This document shows, one piece after another, positions 13,844 through 31,370 of a stretch of 64,000 bases of DNA. Location: contig OZ024740.1 of assembly GCA_964016885.1 (NCBI GenBank), positions 421,786,001-421,850,000 on the forward strand, read 5' to 3'. The stretch comes from Eledone cirrhosa (lineage: Eukaryota). Each line of letters starts with the position of its first letter. Position 1 is the stretch's first letter. The notes beneath the pieces are model-generated. The model had not been told where the DNA came from, searched no databases, and saw only the letters and a program-made list of their open reading frames with translations. A program made the translations under genes and the position numbers.

Positions 13844-16800
13844 TGTCATATTAAACCTACATAGAAAGGTGAATTAACTTAGATATATGTGTCATATTAA
13901 ACCTAAATAGAAAGGTGGATTAACATAGATATATGTGTCATATTAAACCTACATAGAAAGGTGAATTAACTTAGATATATGTGTCATATTAAACCTTCAT
14001 GGAAAGGTGGATTACCATAGATATATGTGTCATATTAAACCTACATAGAAAGGTGGATTAACATAGATATATGTGTCATATTAAACCTTCATAGAAAGGT
14101 GGATTAACTTAGATATGTGTGTCATATTAAACCTAAATAGAAGGGTGGATTAACATAGATATATGTGTCATATTAAACCTACATAGAAAGGTGAATTAAC
14201 TTAGATATATGTGTCATATTAAACCTAAATAGAAAGGTGGATTAACATAGATATATGTGTCATATTAAACCTACATAGAAAGGTGAATTAACTTAGATAT
14301 GTGTCATATTAAACCTTCATGGAAAGGTGGATTAACATAGATATATGTGTCATATTAAACCTACATAGAAAGGTGGATTAACATAGATATATGTGTCATA
14401 TTAAACCTTCACAGAAAGGTGGATTAACTTAGATATGTGTGTCATATTAAACCTAAATAGAAGGGTGGATTAACATAGATATATGTCATATTAAACCTAC
14501 ATAGAAAGGTGAATTAACTTAGATATGTGTCATATTAAACCTTCATGGAAAGGTGGATCAACATAGATATATGTGTCATATTAAACCTACATAGAAAGGT
14601 GGATTAACATAGATATATGTGTCATATTAAACCTACATAGAAAGGTGGAGTAACATAGATATATGTGTCATATTAAACCTACATAGAAAGGTGGATTAAC
14701 ATAGATATATGTGTCATATTAAACCAACATAGAAAGGTGGATTAACATAGATATACGTGTCATATTAAACCTACATAGAAAGGTGAATTAACTTAGATAT
14801 ATGTGTCATATTAAACCTACATAGAAAGGTGGATTAACATAGATATATGTGTCATATTAAACCTACATAGAAAGGTGGATTAACATAGATATATGTGTCA
14901 TATTAAACCTACATAGAAAGGTGAATTAACTTAGATATATGTGTCATATTAAACCTACATAGAAAGGTGAATTAACTTAGATATATGTGTCATATTAAAC
15001 CTACATAGAAAGGTGGATTAACATAGATATATGTGTCATATTAAACCTACATAGAAAGGTGAATTAACTTAGATATATGTGTCATATTAAAGCAACATAG
15101 AAAGGTGGATTAACATAGATATACGTGTCATATTAAACCTACATAGAAAGGTGAATTAACTTAGATATATGTGTCATATTAAACCTACATAGAAAGGTGG
15201 ATTAATATAGATATATGTGTCATATTAAACCTACATAGAAAGGTGGATTAACATAGATATATGTGTCATATTAAACCTACATAGAAAGGTGAATTAACTT
15301 AGATATATGTGTCATATTAAACCTACATAGAAAGGTGGATTAACTTAGATATATGTGTCATATTAAACCTACATAGAAAGATGAATTAACTTAGATATAT
15401 GTGTCATATTAAACCTACATAGAAAGGTGAATTAACTTAGATATATGTGTCATATTAAACCTACATAGAAAGGTGGATTACCTTAGATATGTGTGTCATA
15501 TTAAACCTACATAGAAAGGTGAATTAACTTAGATATATGTGTCATATTAAACCTAAATAGAAAGGTGGATTAACATAGATATATGTGTCATATTAAACCT
15601 ACATAGAAAGGTGAATTAACTTAGATATATGTGTCATATTAAACCTTCATGGAAAGGTGGATTAACATAGATATATGTGTCATATTAAACCTACATAGAA
15701 AGGTGGATTAACATAGATATATGTGTCATATTAAACCTACATAGAAAGGTGGAGTAACATAGATATATGTGTCATATTAAACCTACATAGAAATGTGGAT
15801 TAACATAGATATATGTGTCATATTAAACCTACATAGAAAGGTGAATTAACATAGATATATGTGTCATATTAAACCTACATAGAAAGGTGGATTAACTTAG
15901 ATATATGTGTCATATTAAACCTACATAGAAAGGTGGATTAACATAGATATACGTGTCATATTAAACCTACATAGAAAGGTGGATTAACATAGATATATGT
16001 GTCATATTAAACCTACATAGAAAGGTGGAGTAACATAGATATATGTGTCATATTAATCCTACATAGAAAGGTGGATTAACATAGATATATGTGTCATATA
16101 AAACCTACATAGAAAGGTGTGTGATATATGTGTCATATTAGAGCTACATAGAAAGGTGGATTAACTATGTGGCATATTAAACCTACATAGAAAGGTGGAT
16201 TAACATAGATATATGTGTCATATTAAACCTACATAGAAAGGTGGATTAACATAGATATATGTGTCATATTAAACCTACATAGAAAGGTGAATTAACTTAG
16301 ATATATGTGTCATATTAAACCTACATAGAAAGGTGGATTAACTTAGATATATGTGTCATATTAAACCAACATAGAAAGGTGGATTAACATAGATATACGT
16401 GTCATATTAAACCTACATAGAAAGGTGAATTAACTTAGATATATGTGTCATATTAAACCTACATAGAAAGGTGGATTAACATAGATATATGTGTCATATT
16501 AAACCTACATAGAAAGGTGGATTAACATAGATATATGTGTCATATTAAACCAACATAGTTAGGTGAATTAACTTAGATATATGTGTCATATTAGACCTAC
16601 ATAGAAAGGTGGATTAACTTAGATATATGTGTCATATTAAACCTACATAGAAAGATGAATGAACTTAGATATATGTGTCATATTAAACCTACATAGAAAG
16701 GTGAATTAACTTAGATATATGTGTCATATTAAACCTACATAGAAAGGTGGATTAACTTAGATATGTGTGTCATATTAAACCTAAATAGAAGGGTGGATTA

Positions 16801-19800
16801 ACATAGATATATGTGTCATATTAAACCTACATAGAAAGGTGAATTAACTTAGATATATGTGTCATATTAAACCTAAATAGAAAGGTGGATTAACATAGAC
16901 ATATGTGTCATATTAAACCTACATAGAAAGGTGAATTAACTTGGATATGTGTCATATTAAACCTTCATGGAAAGGTGGATTAACATAGATATATGTGTCA
17001 TATTAAACCTACATAGAAAGGTGGATTAACATAGATATATGTGTCATATTAAACCTACATAGAAAGGTGGAGTAACATAGATATATGTGTCATATTAAAC
17101 CTACATAGAAAGGTGGATTAACATAGATATATGTGTCATATTAAACCTACATAGAAAGGTGGAGTAACATAGATATATGTGTCATATTAAACCTACATAG
17201 AAAGGTGAATTAACTTAGATATATGTGTCATATTAAACCTACATAGAAAGGTGGATTAACTTAGATATATGTGTCATATTAAACCTACATAGAAAGATGA
17301 ATTAACTTAGATATATGTGTCATATTAAACCTACATAGAAAGGTGGATTAACTTAGATATATGTGTCATATTAAACCTACATAGAAAGATGAATTAACTT
17401 AGATATATGTGTCATATTAAACCTACATAGAAAGGTGAATTAACTTAGATATATGTGTCATATTAAACCTACATAGAAAGGTGGATTAATATAGATATAT
17501 GTGTCATATTAAACCTACATAGAAAGGTGGATTAACATAGATATATGTGTCATATTAAACCTACATAGAAAGGTGAATTAACTTAGATATGTGTGTCATA
17601 TTAAACCTACATAGAAAGGTGAATTAACTTAGATATATGTGTCATATTAAACCTAAATAGAAAGGTGGATTAACATAGATATATGTGTCATATTAAACCT
17701 ACATAGAAAGGTGAATTAACTTAGATATATGTGTCATATTAAACCTTCATGGAAAGGTGGATTACCATAGATATATGTGTCATATTAAACCTACATAGAA
17801 AGGTGGATTAACATAGATATATGTGTCATATTAAACCTTCATAGAAAGGTGGATTAACTTAGATATGTGTGTCATATTAAACCTAAATAGAAGGGTGGAT
17901 TAACATAGATATATGTGTCATATTAAACCTACATAGAATGGTAAATTAACTTAGATATATGTGTCATATTAAACCTAAATAGAAAGGTGGATTAACATAG
18001 ATATATGTGTCATATTAAACCTACATAGAAAGGTGAATTAACTTAGATATGTGTCATATTAAACCTTCATGGAAAGGTGGATTAACATAGATATATGTGT
18101 CATATTAAACCTACATAGAAAGGTGGATTAACATAGATATATGTGTCATATTAAACCTTCATAGAAAGGTGGATTAACTTAGATATGTGTGTCATATTAA
18201 ACCTAAATAGAAGAATGGATTAACATAGATATATGTGTCATATTAAACCTACATAGAAAGGTGAATTAACTTAGATATATGTGTCATATTAAACATAAAT
18301 AGAAAGGTGGATTAACATAGATATATGTGTCATATTAAACCTACATAGAAAGGTGAATTAACTTAGATATGTGTCATATTAAACCTTCATGGAAAGGTGG
18401 ATTAACATAGATATACGTGTCATATTAAACCTACATAGAAAGGTGAATTAACTTAGATATATGTGTCATATTAAACCTACATAGAAAGGTGGATTAACAT
18501 AGATATATGTGTCATATTAAACCTACATAGAAAGGTGGATTAACATAGATATATGTGTCATATTAAACCTACATAGAAAGGTGAATTATCTTAGATATAT
18601 GTGTCATATTAAACCTACATAGAAAGGTGGATTAACTTAGATATGTGTGTCATATTAAACCTACATAGAAAGGTGAATTAACTTAGATATATGTGTCATA
18701 TTAAACCTAAATAGAAAGGTGGATTAACATAGATATATGTGTCATATTAAACCTACATAGAAAGGTGAATTAACTTAGATATATGTGTCATATTAAACCT
18801 TCATGGAAAGGTGGATTACCATAGATATATGTGTCATATTAAACCTACATAGAAAGGTGGATTAACATAGATATATGTGTCATATTAAACCTTCATAGAA
18901 AGGTGGATTAACTTAGATATGTGTGTCATATTAAACCTAAATAGAAGGGTGGATTAACATAGATATATGTGTCATATTAAACCTACATAGAAAGGTGAAT
19001 TAACTTAGATATATGTGTCATATTAAACCTAAATAGAAAGGTGGATTAACATAGATATATGTGTCATATTAAACCTACATAGAAAGGTGAATTAACTTAG
19101 ATATGTGTCATATTAAACCTTCATGGAAAGGTGGATTAACATAGATATACGTGTCATATTAAACCTACATAGAAAGGTGAATTAACTTAGATATATGTGT
19201 CATATTAAACCTACATAGAAAGGTGGATTAACATAGATATATGTGTCATATTAAACCTACATAGAAAGGTGGATTAACATAGATATATGTGTCATATTAA
19301 ACCTACATAGAAAGGTGAATTAACTTAGATATATGTGTCATATTAAACCTACATAGAAAGGTGAATTAACTTAGATATATGTGTCATATTAAACCTACAT
19401 AGAAAGGTGGATTAACATAGATATATGTGTCATATTAAACCTACATAGAAAGGTGAATTAACTTAGATATATGTGTCATATTAAACCAACATAGAAAGGT
19501 GGATTAACATAGATATACGTGTCATATTAAACCTACATAGAAAGGTGAATTAACTTAGATATATGTGTCATATTAAACCTACATAGAAAGGTGGATTAAT
19601 ATAGATATATGTGTCATATTAAACCTACATAGAAAGGTGGATTAACATAGATATATGTGTCATATTAAACCTACATAGAAAGGTGAATTAACTTAGATAT
19701 ATGTGTCATATTAAACCTACATAGAAAGGTGGATTAACTTAGATATATGTGTCATATTAAACCTACATAGAAAGATGAATTAACTTAGATATATGTGTCA

Positions 19801-22800
19801 TATTAAACCTACATAGAAAGGTGGATTAACTTAGATATGTGTGTCATATTAAACCTACATAGAAAGGTGAATTAACTTAGATATATGTGTCATATTAAAC
19901 GTAAATAGAAAGGTGGATTAACATAGATATATGTGTCATATTAAACCTACATAGAAAGGTGAATTAACTTAGATATATGTGTCATATTAAACCTTCATGG
20001 AAAGGTGGATTAACATAGATATATGTGTCATATTAAACCTACATAGAAAGGTGGATTAACATAGATAAATGTGTCATATTAAACCTACATAGAAAGGTGG
20101 ATTAACTTAGATATATGTGTCATATTAAACCAACATAGAAAGGTGGATTAACATAGATATACGTGTCATATTAAACCTACATAGAAAGGTGAATTAACTT
20201 AGATATATGTGTCATATTAAACCTACATAGAAAGGTGGATTAACATAGATATGTGTGTCATATTAAACCTACATAGAAAGGTGGATTAACATAGATATAT
20301 GTGTCATATTAAACCTACATAGAAAGGTGAATTAACTTAGATATATGTGTCATATTAAACCTACATAGAAAGGTGGATTAACTTAGATATATGTGTCATA
20401 TTAAACCTACATAGAAAGATGAATGAACTTAGATATATGTGTCATATTAAACCTACATAGAAAGGTGAATTAACTTAGATATATGTGTCATATTAAACCT
20501 ACATAGAAAGGTGGATTAACTTAGATATGTGTGTCATATTAAACCTAAATAGAAGGGTGGATTAACATAGATATATGTGTCATATTAAACCTACATAGAA
20601 AGGTGAATTAACTTAGATATATGTGTCATATTAAACCTAAATAGAAAGGTGGATTAACTTGGATATGTGTCATATTAAACCTTCATGGAAAGGTGGATTA
20701 ACATAGATATATGTGTCATATTAAACCTACATAGAAAGGTGGAGTAACATAGATATATGTGTCATATTAAACCTACATAGAAAGGTGGATTAACATAGAT
20801 ATATGTGTCATATTAAACCTACATAGAAAGGTGAATTAACTCAGATATATGTGTCATATTAAACCTACATAGAAAGGTGAATTAACTTAGATATATGTGT
20901 CATATTAAACCTACATAGAAAGGTGGATTAACTTAGATATGTGTGTCATATTAAACCTAAATTGAAAGGTGGATTAACATAGATATATGTGTCATATTAA
21001 ACCTACATAGAAAGGTGAATTAACTTAGATATATTTGTCATATTAAACCTAAATAGAAAGGTGGATTAACATAGATATATGTGTCATATTAAACCTACAT
21101 AGAAAGGTGAATTAACTTAGATATGTGTCATATTAAACCTTCATGGAAAGGTGGATTAACATAGATATATGTGTCATATTAAACCTACATAGAAAGGTGG
21201 ATTAACATAGATATATGTGTCATATTAAACCTACATAGAAAGGTGGATTAACATAGATATATGTGTCATATTAAACCTACATAGAAAGGTGGAGTAACAT
21301 AGATATATGTGTCATATTAAACCTACATAGAAAGGTGGATTAACTTAGATATGTGTGTCATATTAAACCTAAATTGAAAGGTGGATTAACATAGATATAT
21401 GTTTCATATTAAACCTACATAGAAAGGTGAATTAACTTAGATATATGAGTCATATTAAACCTAAATAGAAAGGTGGATTAACATAGATATATGTGTCATA
21501 TTAAACCTACATAGAAAGGTGAATTAACTTAGATATGTGTCATATTAAACCTTCATGGAAAGGTGGATTAACATAGATATATGTGTCATATTAAACCTAC
21601 ATAGAATGGTGGATTAACATAGATATATGTGTCATATTAAACCTACATAGAAAGGTGGAGTAACATAGATATATGTGTCATATTAAACCTACATAGAAAG
21701 GTGGATTAACATAGATATATGTGTCATATTAAACCAACATAGAAAGGTGGATTAACATAGATATACGTGTCATATTAAACCTACATAGAAAGGTGAATTA
21801 ACTTAGATATATGTGTCATATTAAACCTACATAGAAAGGTGGATTAACATAGATATATGTGTCATATTAAACCTACATAGAAAGGTGGATTAACATAGAT
21901 ATATGTCATATTAAACCTACATAGAAAGGTGAATTAACTTAGATATATGTGTCGTATTAAACCTACATAGAAAGGTGGATTAACATAGATATATGTGTCA
22001 TATTAAACCTACATAGAAAGGTGAATTAACTTAGATATATGTGTCTTATTAAACCAACATAGAAAGGTGGATTAACATAGATATACGTGTCATATTAAAC
22101 CTACATAGAAAGGTGAATTAACTTAGATATATGTGTCATATTAAACCTACATAGAAAGGTGGATTAACATAGATATATGTGTCATATTAAACCTACATAG
22201 AAAGGTGGATTAACATAGATATATGTGTCATATTAAACCTACATAGAAAGGTGAATTAACTTAGATATATGTGTCATATTAAACCTACATAGAAAGGTGG
22301 ATTAACTTAGATATATGTGTCATATTAAACCTACATAGAAAGATGAATTAACTTAGATATATGTGTCATATTAAACCTACATAGAAAGGTGGATTAACTT
22401 AGATATATGTGTCATATTAAACCTACATAGAAAGATGAATTAACTTAGATATATGTGTCATATTAAACCTACATAGAAAGGTGAATTAATTTAGATATAT
22501 GTGTCATATTAAACCTACATAGAAAGGTGGATTAATATAGATATATGTGTCATATTAAACCTACATAGAAAGGTGGATTAACATAGATATATGTGTCATA
22601 TTAAACCTACATAGAAAGGTGAATTAACTTAGATATGTGTGTCATATTAAACCTACATAGAAAGGTGAATTAACTTAGATATATGTGTCATATTAAACCT
22701 AAATAGAAAGGTGGATTAACATAGATATATGTGTCATATTAAACCTACATAGAAAGGTGAATTAACTTAGATATATGTGTCATATTAAACCTTCATGGAA

Positions 22801-25800
22801 AGGTGGAGTAACATAGATATATGTGTCATATTAAACCTACATAGAAAGGTGGATTAACATAGATATATGTGTCATATTAAACCTTCATAGAAAGGTGGAT
22901 TAACTTAGATATGTGTGTCATATTAAACCTAAATAGAAGGGTGGATTAACATAGATATATGTGTCATATTAAACCTACATAGAAAGGTGAATTAACTTAG
23001 ATATATGTGTCATATTAAACCTAAATAGAAAGGTGGATTAACATAGATATATGTGTCATATTAAACCTACATAGAAAGGTGAATTAACTTAGATATGTGT
23101 CATATTAAACCTTCATGGAAAGGTGGATTAACATAGATATATGTGTCATATTAAACCTACATAGAAAGGTGGATTAACATAGATATATGTGTCATATTAA
23201 ACCTTCATAGAAAGGTGGATTAACTTAGATATGTGTGTCATATTAAACCTAAATAGAAGAATGGATTAACATAGATATATGTGTCATATTAAACCTACAT
23301 AGAAAGGTGAATTAACTTAGATATATGTGTCATATTAAACCTAAATAGAAAGGTGGATTAACATAGATATATGTGTCATATTAAACCTACATAGAAAGGT
23401 GAATTAACTTAGATATGTGTCATATTAAACCTTCATGGAAAGGTGGATTAACATAGATATACGTGTCATATTAAACCTACATAGAAAGGTGAATTAACTT
23501 AGATATATGTGTCATATTAAACCTACATAGAAAGGTGGATTAACATAGATATATGTGTCATATTAAACCTACATAGAAAGGTGGATTAACATAGATATAT
23601 GTGTCATATTAAACCTACATAGAAAGGTGAATTAACTTAGATATATGTGTCATATTAAACCTACATAGAAAGGTGGATTAACTTAGATATGTGTGTCATA
23701 TTAAACCTACATAGAAAGGTGAATTAACTTAGATATATGTGTCATATTAAACCTAAATAGAAAGGTGGATTAACATAGATATATGTGTCATATTAAACCT
23801 ACATACAAAGGTGAATTAACTTAGATATATGTGTCATATTAAACCTTCATGGAAAGGTGGATTACCATAGATATATGTGTCATATTAAACCTACATAGAA
23901 AGGTGGATTAACATAGATATATGTGTCATATTAAACCTTCATAGAAAGGTGGATTAACTTAGATATGTGTGTCATATTAAACCTAAATAGAAGGGTGGAT
24001 TAACATAGATATATGTGTCATATTAAACCTACATAGAAAGGTGAATTAACTTAGATATATGTGTCATATTAAACCTAAATAGAAAGGTGGATTAACATAG
24101 ATGTATGTGTCATATTAAACCTACATAGAAAGGTGAATTAACTTAGATATGTGTCATATTAAACCTTCATGGAAAGGTGGATTAACATAGATATACGTGT
24201 CATATTAAACCTACATAGAAAGGTGAATTAACTTAGATATATGTGTCATATTAAACCTACATAGAAAGGTGGATTAACATAGATATATGTGTCATATTAA
24301 ACCTACATAGAAAGGTGGATTAACATAGATATATGTGTCATATTAAACCTACATAGAAAGGTGAATTAACTTAGATATATGTGTCATATTAAACCTACAT
24401 AGAAAGGTGAATTAACTTAGATATATGTGTCATATTAAACCTACATAGAAAGGTGGATTAACATAGATATATGTGTCATATTAAACCTACATAGAAAGGT
24501 GAATTAACTTAGATATATGTGTCATATTAAACCAACATAGAAAGGTGGATTAACATAGATATACGTGTCATATTAAACCTACATAGAAAGGTGGATTAAC
24601 TTAGATATATGTGTCATATTAAACCTACATAGAAAGGTGGATTAACTTAGATATATGTGTCATATTAAACGTAAATAGAAAGGTGGATTAACATAGATAT
24701 ATGTGTCATATTAAACCTACATAGAAAGGTGAATTAACTTAGATATATGTGTCATATTAAACCTTCATGGAAAGGTGGATTAACATAGATATATGTGTCA
24801 TATTAAACCTACATAGAAAGGTGGATCAACATAGATATATGTGTCATATTAAACCTACATAGAAAGGTGGATTAACTTAGATATATGTGTCATATTAAAC
24901 CAACATAGAAAGGTGGATTAACATAGATATACGTGTCATATTAAACCTACATAGAAAGGTGAATTAACTTAGATATATGTGTCATATTAAACCTACATAG
25001 AAAGGTGGATTAACATAGATATGTGTGTCATATTAAACCTACATAGAAAGGTGGATTAACATAGATATATGTGTCATATTAAACCTACATAGAAAGGTGA
25101 ATTAACTTAGATATGTGTGTCATATTAAACCTACATAGAAAGGTGAATTAACTTAGATATATGTGTCATATTAAACCTAAATAGAAAGGTGGACTAACAT
25201 AGATATATGTGTCATATTAAACCTACATAGAAAGGTGAATTAACTTAGATATATGTGTCATATTAAACCTTCATGGAAAGGTGGATTACCATAGATATAT
25301 GTGTCATATTAAACCTACATAGAAAGGTGGATTAACATAGATATATGTGTCATATTAAACCTTCATAGAAAGGTGGATTAACTTAGATATGTGTGTCATA
25401 TTAAACCTAAATAGAAGGGTGGATTAACATAGATATATGTGTCATATTAAACCTACATAGAAAGGTGAATTAACTTAGATATATGTGTCATATTAAACCT
25501 AAATAGAAAGGTGGATTAACATAGATATATGTGTCATATTAAACCTACATAGAAAGGTGAATTAACTTAGATATATGTGTCATATTAAACCTACATAGAA
25601 AGGTGAATTAACTTAGATATATGTGTCATATTAAACCTACATAGAAAGGTGGATTAACATAGATATATGTGTCATATTAAACCTACATAGAAAGGTGAAT
25701 TAACTTAGATATATGTGTCATATTAAACCAAAATAGAAAGGTGGATTAACATAGATATACGTGTCATATTAAACCTACATAGAAAGGTGAATTAACTTAG

Positions 25801-28800
25801 ATATATGTGTCATATTAAACCTACATAGAAAGGTGGATTAATATAGATATATGTGTCATATTAAACCTACATAGAAAGGTGGATTAACATAGATATATGT
25901 GTCATATTAAACCTACATAGAAAGGTGAATTAACTTAGATATATGTGTCATATTAAACCTACATAGAAAGGTGGATTAACTTAGATATATGTGTCATATT
26001 AAACCTACATAGAAAGATGAATTAACTTAGATATATGTGTCATATTAAACCTACATAGAAAGGTGGATTAACTTAGATATGTGTGTCATATTAAACCTAC
26101 ATAGAAAGGTGAATTAACTTAGATATATGTGTCATATTAAACGTAAATAGAAAGGTGGATTAACATAGATATATGTGTCATATTAAACCTACATAGAAAG
26201 GTGAATTAACTTAGATATATGTGTCATATTAAACCTTCATGGAAAGGTGGATTAACATAGATATATGTGTCATATTAAACCTACATAGAAAGGTGGATCA
26301 ACATAGATATATGTGTCATATTAAACCTACATAGAAAGGTGGATTAACTTAGATATATGTGTCATATTAAACCAACATAGAAAGGTGGATTAACATAGAT
26401 ATACGTGTCATATTAAACCTACATAGAAAGGTGAATTAACTTAGATATATGTGTCATATTAAACCTACATAGAAAGGTGGATTAACATAGATATGTGTGT
26501 CATATTAAACCTACATAGAAAGGTGGATTAACATAGATATATGTGTCATATTAAACCTACATAGAAAGGTGAATTAACTTAGATATGTGTGTCATATTAA
26601 ACCTACATAGAAAGGTGAATTAACTTAGATATATGTGTCATATTAAACCTAAATAGAAAGGTGGATTAACATAGATATATGTGTCATATTAAACCTACAT
26701 AGAAAGGTGAATTAACTTAGATATATGTGTCATATTAAACCTTCATGGAAAGGTGGATTACCATAGATATATGTGTCATATTAAACCTACATAGAAAGGT
26801 GGATTAACATAGATATATGTGTCATATTAAACCTTCATAGAAAGGTGGATTAACTTAGATATGTGTGTCATATTAAACCTAAATAGAAGGGTGGATTAAC
26901 ATAGATATATGTGTCATATTAAACCTACATAGAAAGGTGAATTAACTTAGATATATGTGTCATATTAAACCTAAATAGAAAGGTGGATTAACATAGATAT
27001 ATGTGTCATATTAAACCTACATAGAAAGGTGAATTAACTTAGATATGTGTCATATTAAACCTTCATGGAAAGGTGGATTAACATAGATATATGTGTCATA
27101 TTAAACCTACATAGAAAGGTGGATTAACATAGATATATGTGTCATATTAAACCTTCATAGAAAGGTGGATTAACTTAGATATGTGTGTCATATTAAACCT
27201 AAATAGAAGAATGGATTAACATAGATATATGTGTCATATTAAACCTACATAGAAAGGTGAATAAACTTAGATATATGTGTCATATTAAACCTAAATAGAA
27301 AGGTGGATTAACATAGATATATGTGTCATATTAAACCTACATAGAAAGGTGAATTAACTTAGATATGTGTCATATTAAACCTTCATGGAAAGGTGGATTA
27401 ACATAGATATACGTGTCATATTAAACCTACATAGAAAGGTGAATTAACTTAGATATATGTGTCATATTAAACCTACATATAAAGGTGGATTAACATAGAT
27501 ATATGTGTCATATTAAACCTACATAGAAAGGTGGATTAACATAGATATATGTGTCATATTAAACCTACATAGAAAGGTGGATTAACATAGATATATGTGT
27601 CATATTAAACCTACATAGAAAGGTGAATTAACTTAGATATATGTGTCATATTAAACCTACATAGAAAGGTGGATTAACTTAGATATATGTGTCATATTAA
27701 ACCTACATAGAAAGATGAATTAACTTAGATATATGTATCATATTAAACCTACATAGAAAGGTGAATTAACTTAGATATATGTGTCATATTAAACCTACAT
27801 AGAAAGGTGGATTAACTTAGATATGTGTGTCATATTAAACCTAAATAGAAGGGTGGATTAACATAGATATATGTGTCATATTAAACCTACATAGAAAGGT
27901 GAATTAACTTAGATATATGTGTCATATTAAACCTAAATAGAAAGGTGGATTAACATAGATATATGTGTCATATTAAACCTACATACAAAGGTGAATTAAC
28001 TTAGATATGTGTCATATTAAACCTTCATGGAAAGGTGGATTAACATAGATATATGTGTCATATTAAACCTACATAGAAAGGTGGATTAACATAGATATAT
28101 GTGTCATGTTAAACCTACATAGAAAGGTGGAGTAACATAGATATATGTGTCATATTAAACCTACATAGAAAGGTGGATTAACATAGATATATGTGTCATA
28201 TTAAACCTACATAGAAAGGTGGATTAACTTAGATATATGTGTCATATTAAACCTACATAGAAAGGTGGATTAACTTAGATATATGTGTCATATTAAACCT
28301 ACATAGAAAGGTGAATTAACTTAGATATATGTGTCATATTAAACCTACATAGAAAGGTGGATTAACATAGATATATGTGTCATATTAAACCTACATAGAA
28401 AGGTGAATTAACATAGATATATGTGTCATATTAAACATACATAGAAAGGTGGATTAACTTAGATATATGTGTCATATTAAACCTACATAGAAAGGTGGAT
28501 TAACATAGATATATGTGTCATATTAAACCTACATAGAAAGGTGGATTAACATAGATATATGTGTCATATTAAACCTACATAGAAAGGTGGATTAACTTAG
28601 ATATATGTGTCATATCAAACCTACATAGAAAGGTGAATTAACTTAGATATATGTGTCATATTAAACCTACATAGAAAGGTGAATTAACTTAGATATATGT
28701 GTCATATTAAACCTACATAGAAAGGTGGATTAACATAGATATATGTGTCATATTAAACCTACATAGAAAGGTGAATTAACATAGATATATGTCATATTAA

Positions 28801-31370
28801 ACCTACATAGAAAGGTGGATTAACATAGATATATGTGTCATATTAAACCTACATAGAAAGGTGGATTAACTTAGATATATGTGTCATATTAAACCTACAT
28901 AGAAAGGTGGATTAACATAGATATACGTGTCATATTAAACCTACATAGAAAGGTGGATTAACATAGATATATATGTCATATTAAACCTACATAGAAAGGT
29001 GGAGTAACATAGATATATGTGTCATATTAAAACTACATAGAAAGGTGGATTAACATAGATATGTGTCATATTAAACCTACATAGAAAGGTGAATTAACAT
29101 AGATATATGTGTCATATTAAACCTACATAGAAAGGTGGATTAACTTAGATATATGTGTCATATTAAACCTACATAGAAAGGTGGATTAACTTAGATATAT
29201 GTGTCATATTAAACCTACATAGAAAGGTGGATTAACTTAGATATATGTGTCATATTAAACCAACATAGAAAGGTGGATTAACATAGATATATGTGTCATA
29301 TTAAACCTACATAGAAAGGTGAATTAACTTAGATATATGTGTCATATTAAACCTACATAGAAAGGTGAATTAACTTAGATATATGTGTCATATTAAACCT
29401 ACATAGAAAGGTGGATTAACATAGATATATGTGTCATATTAAACCTACATAGAAAGGTGAATTAACTTAGATATATGTGTCATATTAAACCAACATAGAA
29501 AGGTGGATTAACATAGATATACGTGTCATATTAAACCTACATAGAAAGGTGAATTAACTTAGATATATGTGTCATATTAAACCTACATAGAAAGGTGGAT
29601 TAATATAGATATATGTGTCATATTAAACCTACATAGAAAGGTGGATTAACATAGATATATGTGTCATATTAAACCTACATAGAAAGGTGAATTAACTTAG
29701 ATATATGTGTCATATTAAACCTACATAGAAAGGTGGATTAACTTAGATATATGTGTCATATTAAACCTACATAGAAAGATGAATTAACTTAGATATATGT
29801 GTCATATTAAACCTACATAGAAAGGTGGATTAACTTAGATATGTGTGTCATATTAAACCTACATAGAAAGGTGAATTAACTTAGATATATGTGTCATATT
29901 AAACGTAAATAGAAAGGTGGATTAACATAGATATATGTGTCATATTAAACCTACATAGAAAGGTGAATTAACTTAGATATATGTGTCATATTAAACCTTC
30001 ATGGAAAGGTGGATTAACATAGATATATGTGTCATATTAAACCTACATAGAAAGGTGGATCAACATAGATATATGTGTCATATTAAACCTACATAGAAAG
30101 GTGGATTAACTTAGATATATGTGTCATATTAAACCAACATAGAAAGGTGGATTAACATAGATATACGTGTCATATTAAACCTACATAGAAAGGTGAATTA
30201 ACTTAGATATATGTGTCATATTAAACCTACATAGAAAGGTGGATTAACATAGATATGTGTGTCATATTAAACCTACATAGAAAGGTGGATTAACATAGAT
30301 ATATGTGTCATATTAAACCTACATAGAAAGGTGAATTAACTTAGATATGTGTGTCATATTAAACCTACATAGAAAGGTGAATTAACTTAGATATATGTGT
30401 CATATTAAACCTAAATAGAAAGGTGGATTAACATAGATATATGTGTCATATTAAACCTACATAGAAAGGTGAATTAACTTAGATATATGTGTCATATTAA
30501 ACCTTCATGGAAAGGTGGATTACCATAGATATATGTGTCATATTAAACCTACATAGAAAGGTGGATTAACATAGATATATGTGTCATATTAAACCTTCAT
30601 AGAAAGGTGGATTAACTTAGATATGTGTGTCATATTAAACCTAAATAGAAGGGTGGATTAACATAGATATATGTGTCATATTAAACCTACATAGAAAGGT
30701 GAATTAACTTAGATATATGTGTCATATTAAACCTAAATAGAAAGGTGGATTAACATAGATATATGTGTCATATTAAACCTACATAGAAAGGTGAATTAAC
30801 TTAGATATGTGTCATATTAAACCTTCATGGAAAGGTGGATTAACATAGATATATGTGTCATATTAAACCTACATAGAAAGGTGGATTAACATAGATATAT
30901 GTGTCATATTAAACCTTCATAGAAAGGTGGATTAACTTAGATATGTGTGTCATATTAAACCTAAATAGAAGAATGGATTAACATAGATATATGTGTCATA
31001 TTAAACCTACATAGAAAGGTGAATTAACTTAGATATATGTGTCATATTAAACCTAAATAGAAAGGTGGATTAACATAGATATATGTGTCATATTAAACCT
31101 ACATAGAAAGGTGAATTAACTTAGATATGTGTCATATTAAACCTTCATGGAAAGGTGGATTAACATAGATATACGTGTCATATTAAACCTACATAGAAAG
31201 GTGAATTAACTTAGATATATGTGTCATATTAAACCTACATAGAAAGGTGGATTAACATAGATATATGTGTCATATTAAACCTACATAGAAAGGTGGATTA
31301 ACATAGATATATGTGTCATATTAAACCTACATAGAAAGGTGAATTAACTTAGATATATGTGTCATATTAA
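13844..31370. repeat. 46-bp satellite array, segment 3
   Basis: About 17.5 kb of tandem monomers with recurring ordered variant runs (CCTTCATGG, CCTAAATAGAAGGG, CCAACAT..ATACGTG, AAAGATGAA). Confidence 0.99.

Noticed and set aside
16110-16180. Two aberrant shortened monomers as an insertion or excision footprint
   Set aside because: There is no foreign sequence or TSD. Local deletions or consensus error explain it equally well.
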